Assembly (NCBI GenBank): GCA_963723105.1
Contig: CAVRPK010000002.1
Coordinates: 121,098 to 185,097 of the forward strand
DNA from: an uncultured Candidatus Micrarchaeota archaeon
GTDB taxonomy: Archaea; Micrarchaeota; Micrarchaeia; Anstonellales; Bilamarchaeaceae
DNA length: 64,000 bases
Direction of reading: 5' to 3'
Shown: positions 1-10,312 of the stretch, one piece after another
Position numbering within the stretch: position 1 is the stretch's first letter
Layout of the letters: each line of letters begins with the position of its first letter
Program-made: the position numbers and the translations under genes
The notes under the pieces: generated by a model
What the model saw: only the letters and a program-made list of their open reading frames with translations
Told to the model about the DNA's origin: nothing
Database searches by the model: none

Positions 1-1080
1 ACGTCCGCTAATAGTTACATTGCCTTTGTAGAGACTAAGATGTACTACTCCATCAATCAACTCCTGACTTTTGTTTATTGCAGCAGTCAAAAATTCCATC
101 TCAGGACTAAACCAAAATCCATAGTAGACAATTTCAGCAAATTTTGGGCTGAGCATATCTCTAAGTCTCATTACTTCACGATCCATTGCAATTGATTCAA
201 TATCCATATGAGCTTCTCGAAGAATTGTTGCAGCAGGTGTTTCATAAATTCCTCTTGATTTTATCCCAACAAATCTATTTTCAACAATATCAATTCTGCC
301 AATTCCATTTTCTGCTCCAAGTTCATTGAGGTATTGGTAAAGCTCAAGCGGATCTGTTTTTTCAGTTTTATCATCCTTGTTTACTACTTTTATTGGCAGT
401 CCATCTTTGAAATGAATTTCAATTGATGTTTCTTTATCCGGAGCATCCTGCGGGGATTTTGTCCATTTAAAAATATCTGGACTTGGACCTTTTAGTGGAT
501 CTTCCAGAACTCCTGATTCATAGCTAATATGCATAATGTTCTCATCCATACTGTATGGCTTTGCATGGGTTGCAGTCACTGGAATTTCTTTTTCCTTTGC
601 ATAATTGAGAAGGTCTGTTCTTCCTTTGAATTTGGCTAAAAATACCTCGTCTTTCCATGGTGCATAAACCTTGATTTTAGGGTTTAGTGCATAGTATGTC
701 AGCTCAAACCTTACCTGGTCATTTCCCTTACCTGTTGCACCATGAGAAACGTATTCTGCTCCTTCCATTTCTGCAATTTCAATTTGTCTCTTTGCAATAA
801 CTGGTCTTGCAAGTCCTGTTCCAAGAAGATATCTTCCCTCATAGATAGCATTAGCCTTGATTGCCGGAAAAATGAAATCAGTAACAAACTCCTTTTTCAG
901 ATCTTCAACATATACTTTTGATGCCCCAATTTCAAGTGCCTTTTTCTTAGCAGCTTCAAAATCATCGTCCTGACCAACATCTGCCATGTATGCAATTACT
1001 TCAAAGCCTTCTTCTACTAAATATTTCAAAATACAGGAAGTATCGAGTCCTCCTGAATATGCCAGTATTATTTTTTTCAT
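1..1080 (-). CDS. argG: Argininosuccinate synthase (3' end runs off the window)
   Basis: Hand translation from ATG at 1080 gives [15 protein letters not shown]; it also contains [14 protein letters not shown] and SRGIYETP. Not in the ORF track because there is no stop in the window. Confidence 0.97.
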   Translation of the reverse strand, partial: MKKIILAYSGGLDTSCILKYLVEEGFEVIAYMADVGQDDDFEAAKKKALEIGASKVYVEDLKKEFVTDFIFPAIKANAIYEGRYLLGTGLARPVIAKRQIEIAEMEGAEYVSHGATGKGNDQVRFELTYYALNPKIKVYAPWKDEVFLAKFKGRTDLLNYAKEKEIPVTATHAKPYSMDENIMHISYESGVLEDPLKGPSPDIFKWTKSPQDAPDKETSIEIHFKDGLPIKVVNKDDKTEKTDPLELYQYLNELGAENGIGRIDIVENRFVGIKSRGIYETPAATILREAHMDIESIAMDREVMRLRDMLSPKFAEIVYYGFWFSPEMEFLTAAINKSQELIDGVVHLSLYKGNVTISGR

Positions 1081-1157
1081 AGTTTTCACCTTAATCTAAT
1101 TGAACAAGTTAATATTCTTCTTGCTACCTTTAATGCTTATAAATATTTTGTAAGATT

Positions 1158-1195
1158 TGTTACATTTATATACACTTATGTTGCAAATGTAACAT
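1158..1195. promoter_or_regulatory. Putative operator palindromes in the argG / ACT-gene divergent promoter
   Basis: TGTTACATTT (1158-1167) and AAATGTAACA (1185-1194) are a perfect inverted pair. ATGTTGCA-AA-TGTAACAT (1178-1195) is a near-palindrome abutting the ATG. A TATA-like TTTATATA lies at 1165-1172. Confidence 0.55.
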
Positions 1196-1789
1196 ATGGA
1201 GAATATATCTAACCTCGTATGGCTCTATGTAAAGAGACGTCCATTTCTCAAAGAAGTGATGCGGGAGAATGTTGTAAACTACTCAGCCCTTGCTCGGAAA
1301 ATATCAATCGAAGCATTTGGAGATGTTAAATACGAGAACACAGTTAAGATGGCTTTAATTCGGCTATCAAAAAAAATTGAAAAACTTGAATCGGATCTGG
1401 AGGGAAAGATTCTCTTCATTCTCAAAAATAGTTCCATGGTCATCAAAAGCAAGGTGGCAGTTGTGATCTCATCAAAATCCATTGATGCGATCCATCCTCT
1501 CTCCTTTGCAAAATCCGGTCGCAATATTACGTATATACTTGAACAGCGCGAGCTTGATAATCTTCCAAAAAAACCATCACGTTGTGAGGAAAACCTCAAT
1601 CTAATTACAATAGAAAGTCCACCTGAGCTTGAGGATGTTCCAGGAGTTATCTCTTATATTCTTGGAGCTCTTGCATCTGAGGGAATAAATGTCGTTGAAT
1701 TTATTTCTTGTTATACTGATACTATTTTAGTAATCAAGCAAGCAGATACAGAAAAAGCATTTCGGATTCTATCCAGTATTATGGAATAA
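1196..1789 (+). CDS. ACT-domain protein with N-terminal helical/HTH-like region, probable amino-acid-sensing regulator
   Basis: C-terminal ACT motif PGVISYILGALASEGINVVEFISCYTDTILVI; N-terminal NYSALARKI; divergent from argG. Confidence 0.8.
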   Translation: MENISNLVWLYVKRRPFLKEVMRENVVNYSALARKISIEAFGDVKYENTVKMALIRLSKKIEKLESDLEGKILFILKNSSMVIKSKVAVVISSKSIDAIHPLSFAKSGRNITYILEQRELDNLPKKPSRCEENLNLITIESPPELEDVPGVISYILGALASEGINVVEFISCYTDTILVIKQADTEKAFRILSSIME

Positions 1790-1800
1790 TAAAACAAGTA

Positions 1801-1924
1801 CGGGCCCGGGGGGATTTGAACCCCCGGCCTACGCCTTTCTCCTGTTTTTATTAGGAGAGCGCCGCTAAAGACTCGAAATAGTTTTATCTACTACTTCGAT
1901 CTATCCAAGCTGAGCTACGGGCCC
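1801..1924 (-). tRNA. tRNA-Arg(CCT) with two introns (D-arm 1867-1900; canonical 37/38 1837-1851)
   Basis: Acceptor stem GGGCCCG/CGGGCCC and T-arm GGGGG-TTCAAAT-CCCCC. Removing the 34-nt and 15-nt BHB-type introns gives a 75-nt cloverleaf with anticodon loop CT-CCT-AA. Confidence 0.9.
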
Positions 1925-1986
1925 ACAATTAAATAAGATTCTTGCCTCGGTTATTTTAAAAGAGTTCACTACAAATCGTTTATTCT

Positions 1987-2751
1987 ATGATTCTAGAATT
2001 ATCTTCACTTCTATCCAGCGCAGTTGAAAAAACGCTTGAGGATAATGTTGCAATTTCATTTTCTGGTGGACTTGATTCGACTTTAATTGCTACTATAGCA
2101 AAAAAACATGCTAATGTGGACCTTTATGCAGCTGGTGCTCTGGGCAGTCCTGATCTTGAATATGCAGAAAAAACAGCAGAAGAACTCGGTCTTCCGCTTC
2201 ACAAAATCATAATCGATGAAAAACTTGCAATGGAAACATATGAAAAAACCTACAAGATACTTCCTCTTGATTTTCTAAAAGTTGAAATTTTAGTTCCTGT
2301 TTACCTAATTGCGAAGGCAGCAAAAGAAGCTGGGCATAGCGTTCTTCTCTTTGGCTCTGGAGCAGAGGAGCTTTTTGTTGGATATGAGAGATATTATGAT
2401 TACGCTGAAGAAGGAAAAGACCTAGATAAAATTCTCAAAGACGAATTCAAAACCCTCCCAAAGCGAGATATTGGATGGATAAAAAAGATCTGCCGAAAAC
2501 AAGGAATAGAAGCTCGCTGTCCTTTTTGCAATACTGATGTTGCAAATCTTTTATTCTCTGTTCCGCTTGAAGAGAGGATGGCAGAGCGGGAACTAAAAAA
2601 AGGAATTCTTAGAGAAGCTGGAAAAATTCTAGGCGTTCCAAAACTTGCTCTTCTTCGGAGAAAAAAAGCAATGCAATATGGCTCTGGAGTCCACAAAATC
2701 TTTATGAAAAAAGCAGATGAAATCAATGCTCATTTTCCAGCTGTCATCTGA
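1987..2751 (+). CDS. Asparagine synthase C-terminal (PP-loop) domain protein lacking the glutaminase domain
   Basis: SFSGGLDS PP-loop, GSGAEELFVGY, RCPF and RRKKAMQYGSG motifs. Confidence 0.85.
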   Translation: MILELSSLLSSAVEKTLEDNVAISFSGGLDSTLIATIAKKHANVDLYAAGALGSPDLEYAEKTAEELGLPLHKIIIDEKLAMETYEKTYKILPLDFLKVEILVPVYLIAKAAKEAGHSVLLFGSGAEELFVGYERYYDYAEEGKDLDKILKDEFKTLPKRDIGWIKKICRKQGIEARCPFCNTDVANLLFSVPLEERMAERELKKGILREAGKILGVPKLALLRRKKAMQYGSGVHKIFMKKADEINAHFPAVI

Positions 2752-3566
2752 GCTGCTATTACCACATTTGAAATAAGAACTGCTACTGTCATAGGTCCTG
2801 CTCCACCTGGAACTGGGCTGCAATTGGCCTTTTTTATTACTTCTTCAAATAGTACATCTCCTTTGATTTTGCCATCAACCCTTGTTGTACCAACATCAAT
2901 TACATAAGCCCCTTCTTTGATCATATCTCCAGTAATCAGTCCAGGTTTTCCAACAGCAGCAACTACAACGTCTGCATTTTTTGTATGAACTGAAAGGTCT
3001 TTTGTTCTGGAATGACAAACTGTTACTGTTGCATTTTTCTTCAGAAGCATGAGTGCAAGAGGCTTTCCAACAACATTGGATCTTCCAATTACAGTTACAT
3101 TTTTACCATTCAAGTCAACCTCATAATACTCAAGCATTTTCATAACTCCAAGAGGAGTTGCTGGCATAAGAGCTGGAAGTCCGACAAACATTCTTCCCAT
3201 GTTTGCAGATGTCCATCCATCCACATCTTTTTCTGGTTTAATCATTTCTACAATCTTTGTAAAATCAACTTGTTTTGGAAGTGGCGCTTGTACAATAAAT
3301 CCATCTACTTCTGGATCATCATTCAATTGTTCAACAATCTTCAGGACATTTTCTTCACTAGTATCCTCATCCATCTTCTTCAAAGTTGCTTTAACTCCTA
3401 TGGCTTCTGCTTTTTGCAGTTTTTTCTTTACATAAACTTCTGAAGCAGGATCATTTCCAACAAGGACTATTGCAAGATGCGGCTTTCTTTCCATTTGCTC
3501 TACTATGACTCTTGTTTCTTCGAGCATGCTATCCGCGACTTCTTTTCCTTTGAGAGTGCGATACAT
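2730..3566 (-). CDS. folD: Methylenetetrahydrofolate dehydrogenase/cyclohydrolase
   Basis: KDVDG, PATPLG, GRSNVVGKP and PVPGGAGPMT motifs. Confidence 0.97.
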   Translation of the reverse strand: MYRTLKGKEVADSMLEETRVIVEQMERKPHLAIVLVGNDPASEVYVKKKLQKAEAIGVKATLKKMDEDTSEENVLKIVEQLNDDPEVDGFIVQAPLPKQVDFTKIVEMIKPEKDVDGWTSANMGRMFVGLPALMPATPLGVMKMLEYYEVDLNGKNVTVIGRSNVVGKPLALMLLKKNATVTVCHSRTKDLSVHTKNADVVVAAVGKPGLITGDMIKEGAYVIDVGTTRVDGKIKGDVLFEEVIKKANCSPVPGGAGPMTVAVLISNVVIAAQMTAGK

Positions 3567-3625
3567 ATATCCTCTTCTAACAGGTAAGGGTTTTAAAAAG
3601 ACTTTTTGGCTTAATCTGCCTTGAT

Positions 3626-3831
3626 GGGCCTGTAGCTCAGTCTGAAACTTTTAGGGAAAAACACTAGAGGTTTCCTGAAATGGTTAGAGCGCCGGTCTTA
3701 TATGACACGTTCTAGTACAATCCGATGTGGATTGGCTGACCTAGGAAAGCCGAAGGTCCCGAGTTCAAATGTACCTTTTAAGTGCTAATATCCAATGCGC
3801 TAAATTGATACTGGATGTCTCGGCAGGCCCA
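3626..3831 (+). tRNA. tRNA-Ile(TAT) with three introns (3643-3680 D-loop; 3703-3747 anticodon loop; 3770-3817 T-loop)
   Basis: Acceptor stem GGGCCTG/CAGGCCC with discriminator A. Each intron has BHB geometry (central helices TCAG/CTGA, CTTA/TAGG, TTCA/TGGA with 3-nt bulges). Spliced length is 17+22+22+14=75 nt; anticodon TAT at 3699-3701. Confidence 0.85.
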
Positions 3832-3875
3832 TCTTTTAAACACAAATATAAATCTATCCACACTAATTCTATTTT

Positions 3876-4676
3876 ATGAAAAATCTAAGGAAGAGAGAAA
3901 CAGCTTCGCAGTCCAATCCTGTTATGCGGCAGGCTGTGAAAGTTTTTGCAGCAGCACTAACCTCAGCTACTATCCTTGGATGCGGGGCAATACACCGAGA
4001 GCCTCTTCGAATTGATAATGCGCAGATTGTAAGTGCAGAAGAACTTGGATTTCAAAGAGGCAAAACTAAATTTACTGATGCTCACAGTCTTATGAAAAGA
4101 AGAAGAATGACTGGTATTGTGGCAGAATCAAACATCAGCGTTTCTGGAAAAAGATTAGATCTTCTTGCAGCTGATTATCAAACTGAAATGTTTCTATTTG
4201 AAGAAGGCACATTCAGGCAGAGTTTGAAGTTGCATACATCTGATATCCTTCCATATGGTTTTGCTCTTCGAATTGCAAACTCCAAAAATCGTGATGTAAT
4301 TCTTGCACTTTATCGCGATCCTCTTGAGATGGTCAGTTCTGTTGATCATGGAATGAGGGTCAAAGCTCCACGGATAGAGATTTTCGTTGAGTCAAATGGA
4401 ACTTTTGCTCGAAATGGAATCCTTCATCTATCAAAATTATCAAAAACCCATGGAGGTCTTACTGATCCGCTTTTTGTTGGGCATGATCTTGATATTAATC
4501 TGATGCTCATTGCACGAGGACTCAACGGAGTTGTTTGGAATAAGGCCTACTTTCTTGGCTTTCAGGAAGCCCGAGGTCAGGTACGATTAGCAGTAACAAA
4601 GTCAGTTCCTCTTTCAGAAGCTGCCAAGTGCTCCTGTGTTCATGACTATCTGTATGGGGAGTCAAACCCCAAGTAG
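3876..4676 (+). CDS. Hypothetical exported protein / putative lipoprotein
   Basis: 266-aa ORF with a basic leader, a hydrophobic stretch and a lipobox-like ILGC. Confidence 0.6.
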   Translation: MKNLRKRETASQSNPVMRQAVKVFAAALTSATILGCGAIHREPLRIDNAQIVSAEELGFQRGKTKFTDAHSLMKRRRMTGIVAESNISVSGKRLDLLAADYQTEMFLFEEGTFRQSLKLHTSDILPYGFALRIANSKNRDVILALYRDPLEMVSSVDHGMRVKAPRIEIFVESNGTFARNGILHLSKLSKTHGGLTDPLFVGHDLDINLMLIARGLNGVVWNKAYFLGFQEARGQVRLAVTKSVPLSEAAKCSCVHDYLYGESNPK

Positions 4677-5285
4677 AATCTTGATGAATTCAAATCCAAA
4701 TTTTACTGCAAAATAAGTTAGCAATATCGCCGAAGCCAGAGCAACCCATTTGAATGTATTTTTATTCAATTTTTCTCTAAACTTTTGAACTACTGCAATA
4801 AGAGAGCAGAAGAAAAGGCAAACTCCAACCAGAACCCCACTACTTATCATCAGCCCCTGCTCGATATTGGCACTACAAGTAGCAAGTTCTGCCCCCATTA
4901 TCCCGGTCCACATAACAAGAACTGCCGGGTTTGAAATTGTCAAAACCATTCCAGGAATAAAATTCTGCTTGTTTTCAATTTCATTAAAATGATATATCCT
5001 GCCTGTTCCAATATAATCTTCATATGAGCTATATGCTAGATAAAAAAGTACTATTGATCCAACAAAAAGCAGGGCATTGCTTATTATCCCGGGTTGCAAC
5101 AAGAATGAGAGCCCCAAAATAGCCAGAGCAAGGTAAGCAATAAGTGCCGTCAGAGCACCAAGAAAGAAGATAAAAGCTGACTTCCAGCCATATTTCGAGC
5201 TTCTACGGATAATCTCAATACTTGTCGGACCAATGGGCGCAGATATTGATAACCCTAGCAATATGCCTTCAATCACAATGTTCAT
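4662..5285 (-). CDS. LysE/RhtB family amino-acid exporter
   Basis: GLSISAPIGP and LTISNP motifs with multiple TM helices. Confidence 0.9.
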   Translation of the reverse strand: MNIVIEGILLGLSISAPIGPTSIEIIRRSSKYGWKSAFIFFLGALTALIAYLALAILGLSFLLQPGIISNALLFVGSIVLFYLAYSSYEDYIGTGRIYHFNEIENKQNFIPGMVLTISNPAVLVMWTGIMGAELATCSANIEQGLMISSGVLVGVCLFFCSLIAVVQKFREKLNKNTFKWVALASAILLTYFAVKFGFEFIKILLGV

Positions 5286-5395
5286 TGCCTTACCTTCATC
5301 TTGATCTATAATATATTTTTTCTATGGATATATTTATCCTTTCTCTATACTAAATTGGTATTTATACTATTTTTTCCTCAATATTTTGTTACTTA

Positions 5396-7585
5396 TTACA
5401 TCTTCTTCGTGATGAGGGTTCCAAAACCTCTTTTGATTTTGTAATATCCCACAATTAATCCTGGAAGAAGTATAACTGAATAGAAAAATGCAAATAAAAT
5501 ACCGAATGCTAGCGTTATCCCAAGGTCCTGGAGGAAACTAAGATTAGCAACTTGAAGTGCCAAAAATCCGAGAACTGTTGTGAGGGAGGTTAGGAACAAA
5601 AGCTTTGCAAGATGCACATGTGTTGCCTCAACTGCTCCAATATAAGATGCTCCACGTTCCAGTTCTCTTCTCATTTCAGAACCTGCATGGATCGAGAAAT
5701 CCATCCCAATTCCTATTATGATTCCGAAAATAGATGAGGTTATTTGCGAAAATGGTACATTTGCCCACCCGTCCATTCCCATTGTGGAGAGTATTGCAAG
5801 TCCAATTGGAAGCAGCATCATAATCCCAACAGTTATTGATCTGAAATACAAAATAAGTAAGACAAAAATCAATGCAAAAGATACTAGTGTGACCATCTGT
5901 GATCCTGAGCTATTCACTTCATTTTGCCTTGCATCATATGCCACTTGTCCAGAATAATATGTCTCAACTTTCTCAGGAAAAGCCTCTGTGATTTTTGGAA
6001 TGAACTTTTGGAAGAAAAGATCATTGTCCCATACTACTTGTCCTCCATATCCCACCGTGATCCTCATCATTTTGTAGTCGTTTCCAATATCAGGGTGATC
6101 TATTCTCGTATCAGTTTCTGGTATCTGTCCTCCATTTTCCCTTTTAATGTCATCCACTGGGGATCTGACAGATTCTATAAATTCAATGCTACGAAGCTTT
6201 TTTTCAAAATTATCCACCTCTTTGAGAACCTCATATGAGCGAACATCATCTGCTTCTACAATGATTATCATGGCGCTTGTTGTTCCTGGAAAAGCATCTC
6301 CCTGCTCAACCAGATCAATGATTATTGGGTTATCTGCAGGAATAAATCCTGAATAATCCATTTCAGTATTGACCATAGTGATTCCAAAGATGACAATGAA
6401 GGCAAATGCCAAAACCCCTCCAAGAAACGAGAATGTTCTCTTTCCAATAATATTTCCAAGATCCATCATTCTCTCATGCAGAAATCCAGAAATCTCTGAA
6501 AAATTATTCGTTGAACTTTTTGGTTTTCCAGATCCGAAAATAAGAAAGATAATTGGCGTGAGGCTCATATTGAAGAAAAATACGAATAGTATTCCAACAG
6601 AAGTTGCGATGGCAAGAGTTTCCATAACTCTTGATCCAGCGAAAAAGAGTGAAAAGAAACCAATCAAAGTTGTCATAAAAGCAAGGGATAGTGGAGGTCC
6701 GATTTTTTGAAGAGTTGAAGTTACAATATATCTTCTTCTTCCTTCTCCTTTTACAAATCCATTTTGAAGGTGCAGAGTATAGTCAACACCAATGCCTATT
6801 GTTAAAACAGCAATAAGTGCAGTTGCAATGTTCAGAGGAACTCCAAGCATTTTCATTGCACCAAAAATACATATCATAACGCACGAGAGGACAAAAATAT
6901 TGACTATTGTCATCACATTGCTCCCATAAAATATTCTAATGCAAATCGCAATAATAATCATACTAAGTAGTCCTGTTACAATAAGGTCACTGAACAACAA
7001 ACGGGATACTTCTGAAAAGATAACTGGGCTTCCTCCAACGCTTGTTTTTATCCCAGTTGGTTTTTTAGTCTGCTTAACTATCTCTTCTATCTGTGTTTTT
7101 CTGTCCTTTAGTTGGCTGTCGCCAGATCCCATATCCATATACACAAGAAGAAGAGCACTGGTTCCGCTTTCGCTAAATAAATATGAGCTTTCGAGTGGTG
7201 AAAAGACATAATCAACAAAGCTCTTTTCAGATATTTTTTTCTGAAGTGTCTCTACATACTCTATTATCTGCGGGTCATGAACAGATTCTATCCTATCAAA
7301 ATCAGCCGAGGTTCCATCAATGCGGATAAATACGGTCATTGCATCGGCCGAATTAAAATTGGCATCAACAAGATCGTTTTTTAGTTTGACTGGATCGTTT
7401 TCATAGAAAAATGAGTCCTGACCAGAATCTACTTCTATGTTGATTGCAAATGTCCCCATAAAAGCAATGAAAATAATTAGAAGGCCTAGAAGTGGCCATT
7501 TCTCATTATCAAGAAATTCAACATAGTTTGGGATCGATTTCTGATATCTATCTCCAACTCCTGAGATGATTCCCATTTTATTCAC
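5396..7585 (-). CDS. RND/MMPL-family transporter
   Basis: Two repeats, each with an extracytoplasmic loop and TM bundle; GIGVDY and GIGMDF motifs. Confidence 0.9.
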   Translation of the reverse strand: MNKMGIISGVGDRYQKSIPNYVEFLDNEKWPLLGLLIIFIAFMGTFAINIEVDSGQDSFFYENDPVKLKNDLVDANFNSADAMTVFIRIDGTSADFDRIESVHDPQIIEYVETLQKKISEKSFVDYVFSPLESSYLFSESGTSALLLVYMDMGSGDSQLKDRKTQIEEIVKQTKKPTGIKTSVGGSPVIFSEVSRLLFSDLIVTGLLSMIIIAICIRIFYGSNVMTIVNIFVLSCVMICIFGAMKMLGVPLNIATALIAVLTIGIGVDYTLHLQNGFVKGEGRRRYIVTSTLQKIGPPLSLAFMTTLIGFFSLFFAGSRVMETLAIATSVGILFVFFFNMSLTPIIFLIFGSGKPKSSTNNFSEISGFLHERMMDLGNIIGKRTFSFLGGVLAFAFIVIFGITMVNTEMDYSGFIPADNPIIIDLVEQGDAFPGTTSAMIIIVEADDVRSYEVLKEVDNFEKKLRSIEFIESVRSPVDDIKRENGGQIPETDTRIDHPDIGNDYKMMRITVGYGGQVVWDNDLFFQKFIPKITEAFPEKVETYYSGQVAYDARQNEVNSSGSQMVTLVSFALIFVLLILYFRSITVGIMMLLPIGLAILSTMGMDGWANVPFSQITSSIFGIIIGIGMDFSIHAGSEMRRELERGASYIGAVEATHVHLAKLLFLTSLTTVLGFLALQVANLSFLQDLGITLAFGILFAFFYSVILLPGLIVGYYKIKRGFGTLITKKM

Positions 7586-9071
7586 TTTTCTGTTTCTTTG
7601 CTGTGAAAAAATGACGTCCTATCATGAACATAAGAATCAGGATAAATGCTGCAGCAAGTATTACTGGAAGAATATTCTCTTCTTTTCCTTTGCTCAGAAC
7701 ATATATCTCCTCTTCCTGCACTATCGGCTCTTCATTGTATATGCATCTTATTCTTATCGGAACTCCATATTCCTTTGCACTTGCAAGTTCATTGAAAGTG
7801 AGCTCAAGCTTGAATTCTTTAGTCTCGTCTTCATCAAGTTTGGCGGCTTTATCAGAATCCTGTTTCCAGCTGATTGGAAGGTTCTTTGTAAGTCCAGTAA
7901 TTTCAACACTACTACATTCATCGCCTAGATTAGTTACTGTAAATGAAATCTCATTATTCGTGTTTCTTTCATTGCTTGACTGGTTAACTAAGAAATACGG
8001 TAGTTTTTGCACATTTACCTGCATTGGGAAGCTCTTGTTTTTCTCTTCTCCAAGATGATAATACTTCAGATATATTGTTCCATTATATGTTCCTGATTTT
8101 ACCTGATCCGCAATATCGAACTTGAACGTTGCTGCGCTTCTATTCTTTGAATCTACAGTTCCAAGAAAATCTACGTTAGACTGGAAAAATGTTGGTTCAA
8201 ACCCACCAGATTCAATAGCAAGGCTTGCCTCTACATTTTCAATTTCATCTTTTCCTTGGTTGGCAATTTCTACTTCTATTATGTTGTTTTTGGTATCCCT
8301 TTTGAGGCTTTGGGGTGAGCTTGATACTTTTCCAAGGGCTACTTTATCCGGAAATTCTAGTTTTATCGGAAGGTAGCTTACTGATGAATATTTGTTGTTG
8401 TATGCATCATTTGCAGTAGTATTGATCATGATCTGGTATATCTGCGACTCAGCACTGTTGTCAATATCCATTGTTATTGGAATTGATTCTTTTCCACTGA
8501 TAAATGGAATAATCTTTATGTTGTCATCGTCTTGGATTTGCATTGGAAGTTCTGAGAGTCCAAATTCAATATGTACATTATAGAAATCTTCTGAAGGATC
8601 AACAATAAGGTTGTATTCTATTTCATCTTCTCCATTTACTGAGAAGTTTTCCATTGCAATGTCTATGTATTTTTGCTCCAGTGTTCCAGTTACAAATACT
8701 GTTTTTACTGCAGCTGCATTGTCCTCTTTAATCACGATTTTAAGCGGATTTTCTGCAAGAACAAGATCTTTTGCATAAACAAGAATCTCGTAATTTACTG
8801 ATTCTCCTGGCTCTAAAATTATCTCACTATACTCGATTGTGCCTGGGCCTATGTGCGAAAAAAGGCTCGAAGTTACAACTGTAAATGAAATATCATGTTT
8901 TTCATTTCCATCATTTGTAAAAACCAAATATGCTATGAATTCAGTTTCATCTGCAACAACTGATGGGCTTGTTTTTATCAAATCTACTTTTATGTCCTTA
9001 TGCAGCTCACTGTCAGTAACTGCAAATGCAACTGAGCTTAGCAATAACATTAACAAGAAAATATTTTTCAT
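7578..9071 (-). CDS. COG1361-like S-layer/Ig-domain membrane-anchored protein, partner of the RND transporter
   Basis: Signal peptide, repeated beta-rich xNxG modules, C-terminal TM and basic tail; overlaps the RND gene start. Confidence 0.75.
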   Translation of the reverse strand: MKNIFLLMLLLSSVAFAVTDSELHKDIKVDLIKTSPSVVADETEFIAYLVFTNDGNEKHDISFTVVTSSLFSHIGPGTIEYSEIILEPGESVNYEILVYAKDLVLAENPLKIVIKEDNAAAVKTVFVTGTLEQKYIDIAMENFSVNGEDEIEYNLIVDPSEDFYNVHIEFGLSELPMQIQDDDNIKIIPFISGKESIPITMDIDNSAESQIYQIMINTTANDAYNNKYSSVSYLPIKLEFPDKVALGKVSSSPQSLKRDTKNNIIEVEIANQGKDEIENVEASLAIESGGFEPTFFQSNVDFLGTVDSKNRSAATFKFDIADQVKSGTYNGTIYLKYYHLGEEKNKSFPMQVNVQKLPYFLVNQSSNERNTNNEISFTVTNLGDECSSVEITGLTKNLPISWKQDSDKAAKLDEDETKEFKLELTFNELASAKEYGVPIRIRCIYNEEPIVQEEEIYVLSKGKEENILPVILAAAFILILMFMIGRHFFTAKKQKSE

Positions 9072-9094
9072 ATTACTACCTCTATCTATATGTC

Positions 9095-9116
9095 AAATTC
9101 ATATATGTATGAATTT
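9095..9116. promoter_or_regulatory. Palindromic putative operator upstream of the COG1361-RND operon
   Basis: AAATTCATA-TATG-TATGAATTT, 24-45 nt upstream of the ATG at 9071. Confidence 0.5.
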
Positions 9117-9177
9117 ATACATATAAGGATATTTAAACATTCTGTTCTTCTGTATTTCAACGTCTACACTACTGAAA

Positions 9178-10218
9178 TCACTGCCTCAGTTTTTTTCTAT
9201 ATTTTACATATGTAGAATAATCGATGTACTTTGTTTTTGCAATATAATCTTTGGTTAAAGGTGCCTTATCTCTCCTCTCGTCTATTTTGTCTGTAACTGT
9301 GATCGCAAAAGAATCGCTTCCAGCTCCAGAACCATAAGAAGTTACAAGAATAGTATCTCCTGCCTTGGCCTCATCAAGAACAGCAGAAAGTCCAAGTACT
9401 GAAGCTCCAGAGTAAGTATTTCCAATAACTGGAGTTAGGAGTCCTGTTTTGATCTGTTCTGTTGTTGCTCCAAGTTTTTTTGCAGCTTCAACAGGGAACC
9501 TTCCGTTTGGCTGGTGGAATACTACATGTGTATAATCGCTGATTTTTGTTCCTGTTTTTTCAAGTAGTCTATTTGTTGCTCCAATAACATGCCTGAAATA
9601 TGCTGGTTTTCCAGTGAATCTTCCTCCATGGGTTGGATATTCTGCATGTTGCCTTCTCCAAAAGTCTGGAGTATCTGTAGTAAACGAGCATGTGCTTTCA
9701 ATAATTGCAATTGATTCGGAATTTGGTCCAACTAAGAAGGCAGCTCCTCCTGATGCTGCAGAGTATTCTAGTGCATCTCCTGGCCTTCCCTGAGCAGTAT
9801 CTGCACCAATCGCCATTCCATAATCGATCATCTTTGAATCTACCATGCCCATTGTGATCTGTAAGGCCGCAGTTCCTGCTTTGCATGCAAATTCAAGATC
9901 AGCAACAGTCAAATTTGGAGTTGCTCCAATTGCCTCGGCAACAATTGTGCCAGTTGGCTTAACTGCATATGGATGCGATTCAGAGCCAACATAAAGTGCT
10001 CCTATCATCTGTGGATCAGTGCCAGAGCGAAGCAGGGCGTTTCTTGCAGCTTCAACCGATATTGTAGAAGTGTCCTCATCAACTCCTCCCACTGCCTTTT
10101 CTTTGATTCCAAGGCCTTTTTCGATTCTTACTGTGTCCTCTCCCCATACCTTTGCTATTTCTGCACTTTTTATCCTGTATACTGGAACATATGCTCCATA
10201 ACCTACAATACCACTCAT
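9178..10218 (-). CDS. Hydroxymethylglutaryl-CoA synthase (archaeal type)
   Basis: [25 protein letters not shown] and GNTYSG motifs. Confidence 0.96.
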   Translation of the reverse strand: MSGIVGYGAYVPVYRIKSAEIAKVWGEDTVRIEKGLGIKEKAVGGVDEDTSTISVEAARNALLRSGTDPQMIGALYVGSESHPYAVKPTGTIVAEAIGATPNLTVADLEFACKAGTAALQITMGMVDSKMIDYGMAIGADTAQGRPGDALEYSAASGGAAFLVGPNSESIAIIESTCSFTTDTPDFWRRQHAEYPTHGGRFTGKPAYFRHVIGATNRLLEKTGTKISDYTHVVFHQPNGRFPVEAAKKLGATTEQIKTGLLTPVIGNTYSGASVLGLSAVLDEAKAGDTILVTSYGSGAGSDSFAITVTDKIDERRDKAPLTKDYIAKTKYIDYSTYVKYRKKLRQ

Positions 10219-10312
10219 AATATGACCTCTGATAATAACTAAAGAAATGAAAATATAGGTGTCAATTTCGCTTTATAATCCTATTGAAATTTCGAAATTG
10301 CACCATTTTTGT

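Noticed and set aside
3703..3747. Nested intron within intron 2 of tRNA-Ile (CAATCC/GGATTG hairpin)
   Set aside because: I could not draw a clean second BHB; treated as ordinary intron structure.
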